A stretch of DNA of 64,000 bases, from NCBI GenBank assembly GCA_000708835.1, contig DF237095.1, forward strand, positions 1 to 64,000, given 5' to 3'. The notes beneath the pieces were generated by a model. That model worked only from the letters and a program-made list of their open reading frames with translations. It made no database searches and was not told where the DNA came from. The position numbers and the translations under genes are program-made. Every line of letters starts with the position of its first letter. Positions within the stretch are counted from its first letter, which is position 1. Positions 13,901 through 25,100 of this stretch are shown here, one piece after another. The stretch is from Klebsormidium nitens (lineage: Eukaryota > Plantae > Klebsormidiophyceae).

Positions 13901-14416
13901 CACTCAGTGTATCTGCCGTGTATTTATGCTGATCACCAAGAAACTGGCTTGTCTGTTCTCTTTTTGCCAAAAAGAGAGAACATCCGCCATGTCAAATACT
14001 CGACGAGCAACCAAGTTCTGACCTGTTCATAGTGTGCTGCTAGTATACCAATCAGTTCCAGCTTTGGGTCAGCAACCAGGCTCCTAGGTGTGCTGGGCAG
14101 AATGTCTCGGGCAGCCTGCGAGAGGACAACCTGCATATCGAGGGTGCGCACACGCGTCAATGCCAGCCGAGCTAGCTTGGAAGGAAGTACCTTTCCACAG
14201 CGTCTTTCACTCAGAGCAAATAAGAAACGGACCTTCAGTACGTCAAACAGCGGGCAAGGCGTTGCTGGTCCGGGCACCAACTCATGCTTCCACAGTACTT
14301 GTACTCACCCCGTCTCTGAGTCCCTCAAACGATCGCACCATCGGTCCATCTCTGACAACTGTCTGGAGCCAGTCCAAGACTCCCTCAATGTGCTCTTCGG
14401 TGATATCGCCCTGCAT
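1920..14416 (-). CDS. Hook-family-like protein: N-terminal Hook/calponin-homology-like domain, very long coiled coil, Hook-like C-terminal helix and Ser/Arg-rich tail (~2,268 aa, 18 exons)
   Basis: Hand-spliced exons (minus strand): 14309-14416, 14023-14130, 13609-13704, 13354-13431, 13123-13194, 12852-12929, 12451-12681, 12020-12211, 11527-11750, 8739-11202, 8142-8354, 7076-7828, 5719-6711, 5186-5365, 4745-4873, 4285-4419, 3014-3228, 1920-2457. All are GT-AG and phase-consistent; total 6,807 nt, open. The N-terminus MQGDITEEHIEGVLDWLQTVVRDGPMVRSFEGLRDG-VVLSQAARDILP...LAAHYEQ-ELHAPTEAAAVGPDVEAAAAGDYSALLRLVQR-LLFAALTGPKKGQYLDGVLALKRTSQ follows the Hook N-terminal pattern (L..WL.T, DGV.L..., YY...L...PD......D...L.RL..L.L..A...KK..Y...I..L....Q). 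The C-terminal REQQMVTTAFYEV resembles the Hook C-terminal E..L...AWY helix. The middle is E/A/L/R-rich heptads. The start codon is uncertain (in-frame ATGs upstream to 14617) and minor exons may be missed. Confidence 0.8.
3229..3860 (-). repeat. Intronic tandem degenerate copies of the acceptor and first ~45 nt of the 3014-3228 exon
   Basis: The real exon edge ccttccacgtccttcaaccgctgctctgccgcggagagggcctggaag (3188-3235) recurs at about 3375-3422, 3508-3555, 3653-3700 and 3812-3860, spaced ~130-190 bp apart. Confidence 0.85.
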
Positions 14417-15523
14417 CTTGCTTCCCGGTAAGGTAGGGGTTCGTTCATTCGCACTCGCACTTGCACTCGAACGGGTGGGGCGTGCATCCTTTTTGTCAGA
14501 GACATCAAAGAGTCTTCTTATCCGCGACCGCATCTCTTGGTGAGGGTTCGGATCAGCGCGGACGACACTGCGAGCGCGATCCATGCTGCTACTCTTTGAA
14601 ACACACAGAAGCTTCACTATTAATGACTAGGTCTTGAAGCATTAGCATCCAGGCTGTTGAGCATGTATGCTCTCTCAAGAAGGAGGCTATATCTCTGCAA
14701 CCGAGAGACCAGCTCCAGATCCTGTCACATGCGTGACACCACAACAAAGCACCCCATTATTGAGTGGTCAAGAAGCGCTTGACGCTTATGATCTGCACAC
14801 CTGGAGCTTTCTTGCATTGCCACTGACATGCTGCTGATTCCCCCACGGCTCTCAACTCATGACACAACCAGTGAGACTTCAACCCTTGTGATCAATACAG
14901 TCGGCTTGCACCAGTGAGAGCTTGCAGCAATCGATCAAAGCCCATGGCAGCGGCAGCTGCGTCTGGCTGCGTCCCTTGCTAAGTTGCTTGCCAATGCAAA
15001 GCGTCCAGAGCTTGCGTGAGCCCTGACTCTGAGTCTGAGCCTGAGGCATTCACGCTCATTTGTCACTGAGTCAGCATGAGTCTGACTCTCCGAGACTGAC
15101 CATACAATGCAATGCAATACTTTGAACATTTACGCGGGAATTTGATTCAGCTGCACGGAATGAAGGCGGACGGAAGGACAGAGGGTTAAGGCTCTGGTTT
15201 AGAAATGTGGGTTAGTAATCGACGTCGAAAAGTCTCCAGTTTTCAATTTTGCATCGGGGTACGTTTACACTGACAGCTTCAACGGAAAACCCTCACCGCC
15301 ACTAACTGTACTCTGTTCCGCCGCACCCCTCAGCGGAGTCCGTTTAGACTCCGTTCCGTTTAGACTCCGTTCCAAGTCTCGACTCTCGAGCCAGCTGACC
15401 ATAGCCTTAGCCTTAGGTACAGAAGCACAATTTTGTCTCTCAGGCTGCTGCCGTCGGCGGCGTTGGCCGCCTTCTTTGTTCAGGAGATAGGATAGCTCAG
15501 GAAAGATTCCCCCCCCTGGCAAA

Positions 15524-16410
15524 ATGTCTTTCTACGAGACACTTCCTCTTTTGCTTGTCTTCGGGCCTCCTCTCTGTCTCCTTGTTTCCGTTTTCAGTTT
15601 GTATCAGTTCGGACAGGTGTTTGTCGCGCTTTCGAGGGCTTCGCAAGGATCGGTGAAGGGATCGGTACCATGGCAGTACGTGAAACAGGGACTCAAATTG
15701 GTGGTGAGTGGACTACAAATCCTCAGTCAATGCTGAATGGACACCCAGTCAAACAAAAGTTGAGTCACAGAAAGTAGACACACTGGGCGCCTGAATCAAT
15801 TCGAACGCACCGTTGATACTCTGTGCTGCTACCGACGAGCTGACTAGCCTCTGATTGCTTCTCAACCTTGAAGGTAGCAATCTTTGCTTGTAACTGCAGA
15901 CTTTTGGGTTGAGATTGAATGGGGCTTGAACTGGGCTTCCAGGATATTCATGGTGGTTGATCGCCACCATTTATATGTATTCAGATTCCGACAGCGTGTC
16001 TTTGGCCTTTTTCTGCCCCGCTTCTACCGTCCTTAAGCAATGTGTTTAGATGTGACATCAAGAACTGGGACTTGTGCAAGTTGTTCCATCAGCTCAGAGG
16101 CAATCTAGTGGACCTCTGGGTTTATCTGCCCAGTAATCATGACGCTCCACCTATTGTTGGGGCACCTGTGAAAAAGCTGTCTGCATTTGGGTGTCGAAAG
16201 CGTACGTATCTAGATTCGCCTGGTGTGTCCTTGTTGCAGGTGCGCCCGCTCACAGCAACGCTCGGAGATGCGGACAAGTTTGTCAGCAAGCTGCAAACGA
16301 CCCACGTCTTCCTGTGGGCAATCCTCATCGTCCTGTTAGTCCTCCTAAGCAGCATTCGTTCGGAGCTTGTTCAAGCAAGGCAGCCGCGCCCAGCAGCCCA
16401 ACGACGGTGA
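15524..16410 (+). CDS. Small membrane protein with two predicted TM segments (~116 aa), function unknown
   Basis: Exon 15524-15703 (gcaaaATG context, donor GTG|gtgagt) and exon 16240-16410 (ttgcag|) join in frame: MSFYETLPLLLVFGPPLCLLVSVFSLYQFGQ...KLV-VRPLTATLGDADKFVSKLQTTHVFLWAILIVLLVLLSSIRSELVQARQPRPAAQRR. Two hydrophobic stretches. Confidence 0.6.
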
Positions 16411-17149
16411 TGCGATCCGTCGTTTGGATTTTCTTTGATTGCCCCTCGTCCATGTCAGTAAATGCTCATGCTCTATTCTAAGCATACCAAGCTCGTCAGC
16501 TCGAGCGTCGGGACTGGTTCGTGGTTGCCCGTGGGTGCCTGTATACAGTTCAAGCAATGGTAGCAACAGATCTGCACATTAATAAACAGGGGTATGCTGA
16601 GCAAATGTCCAGAAAGAGCGTAGTACTCTCCACAAAATACTTTTCCTGATAGTTCTCAAAGAAGACTGGGAAAAACGATATCATAATCAGTGTGACATAG
16701 TACAGTGTTGTGGGGACGGATTAATACTAACTGCTGCAAGAATTCCTTTGCCATCTAATCGGGACAAGGCATCCCCAACTGCACATTGCATGGGCCACGT
16801 CAGGCATTGGTCATGAAGTAGCCATGGACTGGCGGTGCAGAGAAGCCATGACCATGACGGTTATTGAACCTAAAGCGGCGACCAACACTCTGCTGCATAT
16901 ATGCTTTTGTATAAGTTGATATATGGCTGCAGCGCGTGGATGCATATACATCCGTGACCCCATTTCCGACACGTACCAAAGACTCATATAACATCACATG
17001 TGTCGAACTGATTCAATCACTACAAACATCGAATGCAATCGACAAGCTAGCAGTTATACTGTGAATGGCTTGTATGTGCGCCGACATGATCGTTTACAAT
17101 GACGGTTGCAATTCTACCTAGTGCCATCTAATTTATTGACGGCTACAAA

Positions 17150-20100
17150 TCACGATCGGGGTACAGCTTGGGCGCTCAATTGAGCGGCAGTGGCCAACGG
17201 GTTCATGCTGTAGCTAAAAGCTAACTCGTAGAGATCCGAGAGATTTTGCTGACAGCTGTGAAGCGCCTTCCGAAGATGCCTGCGTGAGAGAGAGGTGTTT
17301 CAGGCCTGCAAGTGACGGTGTTCATTCCAACATAGTGAAACGCAGAAATTTCTCAAATACGAAGCGGAACAGAGAACCACCATCATTTGAATCTGCACAC
17401 CCTATGTCTGGCACATCAACAACATAAGATAATCATGTTGGCTCGTCAGCTGAACTTCCTTGACGTGTCAGCAGGTCTGCCAGAAAGATCAACATGAACC
17501 GCTGACAAAATCGCCGCAGAATCAACGACGAACTGACCACTGTCCCCAAACTGACGTGAGGTACCCAAGCTGCTCCTACTTATTCCATAGGAACGCGACA
17601 ACCTCATCGCGCGAGACCGAAGCCCACCCCTTGAAAACTTTTGACGACTTAGCCTGACAGCCTCACCTTTTAAGTGTGGCCCGCTCCTTGATAACTGCGT
17701 AAAGGAACAACCCCGCCGCGAGCACCGTTAGAAGAGCCCGCCCACCCCCGTCTTCCGTCACTTGGCGCCACTTTTGGTGTCCGTTCTGCCAGGCCCTTCG
17801 CCACCAGCCCTGAGCCAAGGCCGCCCAGTATAGCAGCCACGACAGGAAGCCGCTGCGCGGACCCGCAGATGATAGCCGCAGATCTCGACTGCCATTCCGC
17901 TCCGAAGGGTTGGGCGGCGGATCGAACACGCCTCTTTGATCTACGCTGCTTGACGGCTCGGGAAGGGCGCTGTCTCGGTTAGAGGTTTCTGGAGGATCGA
18001 TGAACGGTGACGATGAAGGTACGGAGGTGGCTTTGGCAGGGCAATCGGCAGAAGGAGCAGGGCTTGGGAGGTGTCCGTTTGTCTTTTGGTCTGGGGCCTC
18101 GACGGTGCGTTTTGAAGCAGAGTTCGAGCGCAGCTGTCGCCTTCTCACTTTCTTGAGCAGCAACTGCACGGACGATAGAGCTTCTCTAACAACCTCTTCC
18201 CTTGTCATCTGGACTCGAGGCTTCGTAATTGGGGGCTTCACAATAGCTTCGAAGAGCAGTGGATGCTGCCAACCCAATCATGTTCAGCAACGAGAAACGG
18301 GCCCGTCAAAAGTAGGGTATGTTACCTGAGACATTTTACAAAGGTGCAGCAAAAGCATCAAAAGGGCCACAAGTATCCATGGGCAGAAAACAGAACAGGG
18401 AAACACTGGAGAACTAAACAGCCGAGGCCGAGAAAGGAGCCTTGAAGGCACTCACAGAGGACGAATCAAACGTCCTCTGAAACTTTTCACTTCGTTTGAA
18501 GCGCAGGATTACGGGGTTTTCGTAACCATCTGTTGTGCGGAGATTTCTCGCACGTGAGGCTCTTGTCTAAGGCACTCACCCTGATCGTTGCCCCGTCCAG
18601 CCATCCGGACTGCTCGTGCAACCAGTCTTCCGCCTGCTGAGGAGTGTTACGGTGTTCGCAGAGCAGGTCCAGGGTGTATAAGCCCGCCAGAGAGCACCCG
18701 GCCCGCCGATCGAGCTCCTTGCCTCGTAACTTCAGATACTCCGCAACAGCCTCTTCTGCACCGTCTTTGTCGCCAGCTTTAATCCGAAGACATGACCTGC
18801 AAGCCAGAAAATCTAGACTGAGTGCAAACATATATACAGGCCATACGACTTAATGAGGACTATAAAAAGCGCAAATGAAAAAACTGAATATGAGTTCTCG
18901 TGTTGTTACAAAAAGGACTGCGGGTCAAAAGATTTGGGCAAGAAACAATCTATCCCATGCAGTGGAGTCTCTTCCATATGGGCTTTCCGTATGCGCAGCA
19001 GAAAGAAACTGCCAATGGACTGCTAACCATGATATTCAACGGGGCAGGCTGCTGGAGACAATGACCAAAAACAAGCTTACCATGTGAGAAACACCTCGGG
19101 GGGTATGGCGTCCAGCTTTGAGAAGGCCTTGAGGAACTGACCCTCCAGCTCGTCATGCCTGAGAAGAGAAGCACCAGAAAAAGCGTCAGCGAATTACGTC
19201 AATGTGAGCACACCAGCAAAGAAAAAGCTTAGCAAGCTCAGAGGCGCTGAGGTCAAGGGCACCTCTGAGTTGCTAATACATGGTCAAGCACGACGAGGCA
19301 TCAAAAGCAACCACTCGGGCGGCAGGGCGGTATGTTATTTACGGTTTGTCCAAGAGGGTTGAAAGATCTGTCCATCTGTCATTTTGTAGCGGGGTGTTTT
19401 TTTTTTGTTTTTTCTTTTATTTTAAATTAAGGTGCGCAGTCACCGCAATTTTGCCATCGCTGTTTCCGAAACCGTTGATTCAAAACGTCAATGCAGACAC
19501 AATCTGATCAGCCCCTACTCCCGACCAAGATCGAGTAGGTGACAATCAATCAAACTTGCTCGGTTGATGGACACTTAGCCAGACACTGTAAAGATCATTC
19601 ACTTTGATCCTTCCTGTACCAGGATAGCACTCAAAACCTTTGACCAGAGAAAAACGACTGTCAACGTAAAGTGGGACTCCTACCTTCTCCTTTCGTGCTG
19701 TGCTTGCAAGAGGACCATGGCGGACGACTCCACAATATCATTGAGATCTGCCCCGGCAGACTTCCCAGAGGTCCTCAGTGACGAAGCCTTCAGAAGCACG
19801 GCGGCAGCGGCGGCCTGCGCTTTGGAGAAGGCGCCAGACAACAGGTGCCTGGGAAGAGAAAGTATGGTCAACATTATAGTGGATCATTTTCCTCACCTCC
19901 GCCAATTGACGTCGATTACTTGGAGTGATGAGACTTCCAAGTGAACGCTTGAGAAAGAGTTGTGTGAGTGCCGCCGAATGAGCATGCCTGGCAGACCTAA
20001 GTTGGGGCAGGGAGGGTGGAAATTGAGGAGGGCGCAAGTTTTGATAATGAAATGCAGGTTATGACTCGCTGTCATTTAGAAATCAGCCAAACAAAGACAG

Positions 20101-20383
20101 AAGACCAGATCATTGGTTAGAAACCTTCCTGATCTTTGAATATAAGACGCTGGTGAATGTCACAGCTTTTACCACCCCTCATCGCTTCAAGCAGGCCGAG
20201 TCTGTCAATCCGTCGAGATCGTTTATCCATGTAGCAGATCACAATCACCGTGCACATATAGACCAACATTTGCATCAGCATCTTGGTGTCTCCATTGGAG
20301 CACAAGGCGAGCAGGCTGTCCTGAGCTCACCTCTCCGCAGCGTCAACCTCATCCCACAGCATTTGCGCCTGCTTTTCCTTCAT
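17150..20383 (-). CDS. APEM9: APEM9/DAYU-like tail-anchored peroxisomal membrane peroxin (functional equivalent of PEX26/Pex15; anchors PEX1-PEX6)
   Basis: Exons 20331-20383, 19684-19848, 19081-19158, 18580-18796, ~18208-17667 (5' boundary uncertain) and 17150-17279. Segments LWDEVDAAER-HLLSGAFSKAQAAAAAVL...DIVESSAMVLLQA, AFSKLDAIPPEVFLTW, the TM segment ALLTVLAAGLFLYAVIKERATLKR and the end LSDLYELAFSYSMNPLA match remembered Arabidopsis APEM9 blocks (IWGEIERSESYLVC..., DMLESAGMVLVQ, AAIPVQVLLT, FWKLAFSYQVNPLA). Confidence 0.85.
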
Positions 20384-20598
20384 CTCTCCAATTACTTGAC
20401 TCCTCTAGGGGACAATCTTTAGGGTTGCTTGATTCTCTACCATTGACACATAGCGGCTGAAGAGCGCCAGCTGCCCTTGCAGGCGAAGTCCACAGTGCTG
20501 CTCAGCTTTGTCTGTCCCTGTCCTGCGCAGAGGAAGCTTGAATGGAACCAATTTACATCGTGGCACAATATGTATGTAAAGCAGGAGAGCACGGGTGT

Positions 20599-20815
20599 CA
20601 GGGTTTCCCACAGCCGGCAGCTACACTTGGACCTGGCCGGCCGAGAAGAGACCCCGGCCGGTGCCGAAGGCACCCTGCCGGCTGGTCAGCCGGCAGAAAA
20701 TGCAGGCGCTTAGTGGGCTCAGCCGGCCGGTAAACCAAATGCTGGCTACCGAGCCGGCAGAACCGGGGGCGCGCCGGCAGCTGGCCGGCCGGGACAAAAG
20801 TCCGTGAAAACCCTG
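20599..20815. mobile_element. Non-autonomous hAT-type MITE (217 bp)
   Basis: Termini CAGGGTTTCCCAC and GTGAAAACCCTG (reverse complement CAGGGTTTTCAC). Perfect 8-bp TSD ACGGGTGT at 20591-20598 and 20816-20823. The interior carries many GCCGGC/GGCCGG motifs. An 8-bp TSD with a CAGGG terminus is typical of the hAT superfamily. Confidence 0.85.
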
Positions 20816-22126
20816 ACGGGTGTGTATTGCGATGTGAACAGACTTCACAATCTGACCTGGCACGAGCGTCGACGCACGTTCAACAAAATCTGAACGGTTG
20901 GCCGTGCTTTTGTTCCGCGAATAACCCACCTTGTGATGACGTCAACGGCCGGTTTAGTCAGGATACCGAGCGGTCACCTGCTTGATTCTACTCATGAGTG
21001 GAGCCTGCGCTGCGTACAAGTGGACAAACGACAAATTTCCAAACCTGGCGGGCCGTTGATGCCCCGGCGGGAAAAGATGCACCCTGCAGTGTACGAGGAC
21101 GTTGTACACACATAGGTAGGTTACGGTAGTCTGGTGCCTTCATGTCATGAAGTCGATAGGTAGCAGGACGTTCCAGGTATTTTCAAGATCCAGGTGGGAT
21201 TGAATGCTCCACGGCATTGTTGTAAGGAGCACTATATTGAGGAATATGGGGGCGGCTTTGGAGTAGCATGCACAGACGTGCAACATTGATTCTTGCATGT
21301 TGGAGGCAAAATCGTTCAACGGTGAGGTGCATGTTCACGAGGGGTTTGATGTGACTGATCATCTTGATCAGGGAAAGGCAATCTTGCGAAGTCTCGATCA
21401 GGGGGAGCCAAAGTTTGATGGGACAAGGATTGTCAAGTCTAGTGCTGTGATTGCAATGCCGTGACAAGCATAATCCCGTTGGTTAGGATTCTGCACTGGG
21501 GCATTCTTTCTCGGCATGTCGAAGAGAAACAAAGGAATGCTGAGAAAAAGACTAGGAAGCCGCTTTGGATAAAGATTCCACAGCTTATTCCAAGACAAGG
21601 CTGGCAGCTTCCCAGCGCAGAGCAGCAACTAGTGATCTTATCAAAATTTGTGACACAGAGCAAGCATCCTCTCCACCAGACTCTGAAAGGGCAGCATTAG
21701 GTGGTGCGTTCAGAAGCGGTACTTTAGAGCTCAGGAAAGGTAATTTGCCGTGGCTGCACCGGCTGATTAAGATCCTGGGGCTGCAGCAGACTTCTGCTGC
21801 TTCTGCCAAGAATTGCAATGCTGCAAGGTGTAGAGCCTAAAACTGTCCCCAACCGAGCACCTGGAAATGTAGATCTCAGCGCAGTGCCACCAAAAGATTC
21901 ATCAAGGGGCACTTTTTCCGCAAGAAGGGCACATTTCGAGTATCTGAGCAGCCCTTGCAACCAAAGGCTGGTGCTCTGACACACCTTTGACGTGAGAACC
22001 TGAACAAACACAGGCGATATTCCCGCATTGAGACCGCTGTAGAGTCTGCTTCGTTGCCGTGGAACCGGACAAACGAAGCCCCTTAGCCAACTTTTAGAGC
22101 AGAGCATTCCAGTGGAGAGTTGCAAA

Positions 22127-25100
22127 ATGCCACTCCCGGCAATGGACCTCATCGGCAGCCCCGAGGCGCCTCGCAGCCCCGCAACTAGCGAGGCCAGCGC
22201 CAGCACCTTCCGAAGCCCCACGGGCAGCGAGGCCATGTCCGGAACCTTTAGATCTCCCTCAGGCAGCGATGTGGCCCCGGGCACATTTAGAAGTCCCGCC
22301 GGCAGCGAAGCCAGCCTCCGCAGCCCCTCGGGCAGCTACGGCCGCACCTCCTCCCGCAGTGACGTCAGCAGCACCCGCGCTGACGTCAGCAACGGGAGCA
22401 CGTTCCGGCTCGGCAGTGGCAGCACCGAGGGGGGGCGCAGGAGGTCCTCTAACGGGGGGGCCGCGCCAACGTACAGAATTAGAAGGACGTCGAGCTCGAA
22501 CAGCAGGGCGGGGGAGGGCAAACCGGCCATTCACACGCTGCCGGATGGGTCTGCCGATGAGAGAGTGAAGGTTTATGTGCGAGTACGGCCGATGGCTTTT
22601 CAGGGGGTGGAAGAGAACGAGGATGGGGTGGCGATCCGGGCAGACCAGGAGAAGAAGCAGGTGGGGGTGTGAATGGGCGCCACTGTGGGGTGGTGTCAGG
22701 AAGCACAGTGCCTTGTATTGAAAGTTTTCACAATCAAGCTCTGCCTGGCCAGAGGTATGTCAGACTTTCCTTGAAGCAGGAGTAGGTGGAAAGAGAGTCT
22801 TTTGGCGATGCGGAGCTAGGGCCGTGCAAACTACCCATACTGAGGCACTTTGCTGAGATTGCATGACAGCCCCCTGAATGTGCACTCAGAAGTGGCATCA
22901 ATTAGACACCTGTCATTGTACTGGATTGATGTATCCGCAGACCCCCAAACGACCAGTCTGTTGAGGTCTCAGTAACTCACATTCAAGTTTCGGCCTGTGC
23001 AGGTCACTGTATTCGATGAGAAGGATGTGCAAGCAGGCCGAGCGTCGATGCAGCGGGCATTCGAGTTCGATGCCGTGTTTCCGCCCGACTCGAGCCAAGC
23101 AGAGGTGTTTGAGGCGGTGGGCCAGCCCGTGTTGGACGGAGTGTTGGCGGGATACGACGGAACCATCTTGGCATATGGACAGGTGAGCTCCGCTTGACAC
23201 TATTGTGCAGGATGTACCTGAATCACCACTCTGTTTCGAGTCTGGTGATGTAAGATTTGTTTTAGGTGCATGGGCACTTTGATTTATTTGCAGATCGAGG
23301 ACGGAACTTCAGACAAGCCAAAGAGGAGAACCGAAGTGAAGGCATCGAGAGGTTTTCTAGCACGCTGTTGATCTGACGTCGTCCTGACAGCCTTTGGACT
23401 ACAAAACCAGAATTCTCTGGCTGTATGATGGTCACCTCAGCCAAAGGGGTTGCTATCCGACGGCTTTGATTAGAATGACCTTTCCAACCGCCTGTCTGAA
23501 CAAGTGAGCTTGCAACAAGGCTCTCATTCGGGATGCATAGTGTCTTGAATTTAGGGCCCTTATCTGTGCGGCGCTATTAAACGACGTGCCTTGCCTAACG
23601 GACGCTCTTGGCCCTTTGTCAGACTATGTCGATTAGACTGAGGGTCTCGTCGAAGTTTTTCCGTTGTCCGTCCTGAAGACAACTTAGACAAGAGTTCTGT
23701 TATCTGGACGCCTTTTCTCGTTTTTGTGTTGGTCGCCGAAACTGCAAATTCCCCTAACTTCCCGGAGAGCGCGGCCTAAAGTGCTATAAGTTGTCTGTTC
23801 TTCGTGCACTGCCGGATAGACCCCCCGGCTTCTCCATTTCTTCAGACCGAGTCTGGCAAGACGCACAGTATGCTGAAAGTCGAGATTGAGCCACTATAAA
23901 GCGCTCGAACCTGTCCGTTTTTGGTCCACCAGTGAGGTTATCGCCGTGACTGATCCGGACGCTTTTTCTTCTTTGAGACAGAACCGGGCAGTCCCACACC
24001 GTGTCAAGCTTGTGCACTCACCTCTATCCCAAAGAAGCAGCTTCATACCTCGCCCAACCCAGTCTCGCCTATGAGATGCAAGCCGTCAACCAGAGTCTCA
24101 GAATCCACTACATAATGACCCGATATCCATTTACGCTCCTTCTATTGTTGCTCCAGCAAACGAACCACCTGCAATTGGACCACCTGCTTCGAAGTTACTT
24201 GGGAGATGCAGGTCCTCGTTTCAAAACTCGAGACCAGGTCGCGCAAAGCCCACACCCTGCAGTCTGCAAAACTTTGGCCTTTAAGAAACGGAATTTTGAA
24301 ATCGTTCTGTTCTGGATGCTCTTCATACGAGGCATGGCCCAAACGCTTAAGGTCCTTTTACGGACCAGGTTGATCAAGACCAACAGCCTCCTGAACCCCC
24401 GTCTTTTAAGCTCAATCCACACTTGAGGACTGCTGGATTTTCGAACCGTTGGGCTCTGTTAAAGCTGTTTCTAACTTTGGACGCTTTCTGTTTTAGACGG
24501 GGTCCGGCAAAATTCACAGCCTGCTGCACCCCCGTCGTTTGACTAGGTCACATTCTGAGAATAGGTAATGCGATACCGATTATCAAGTCGTTTCTAATGT
24601 CGGATGCTTTCTGTTTTAGACCGGGTCGCAAGACCCACACTTTGCTGAACCCCCGTCTTTCGATCAGGTTCGCATCTTTAACATAGAATGTTGTTGATTC
24701 CGTTGAATTATCGAGCCGTTCCCTGATCCTCGGACGCTTTCTGTTGCAGATCGGGTCCGGCAAGACCCACACTTCGCTGAACCGCAGTCTTACAAACTAG
24801 GATTTGGATTGTGATATTGTTGAAGCGTTGAACGATCAAGCCATTCCCTGAAACTCGGACGCTTTCTGTTGCAGACCGGGTCCGGCAAGACCCACAGTTT
24901 GCTGAACCCCGGCGAGGGCGCGCTGGAGCAGGCGGGCCTGGTGTCGCGGCTGGCGGGGCAGCTGTTCATGCGCATCGCGGCGGACCGCAAAAACTCGTAC
25001 GGCGTCCAGCTGGCTTTCTGCCAAATCTACAACGAGACGGTGAGGGCAGAGGCGGGTCGCCACATTGATTCGGAGAAAACCCCATTGAAGAGTTACGAGG

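Noticed and set aside
21170-21840. Patchy protein-like plus-strand frames upstream of the kinesin
   Set aside because: Multiple stops, no splice-consistent model and no recognisable motif.
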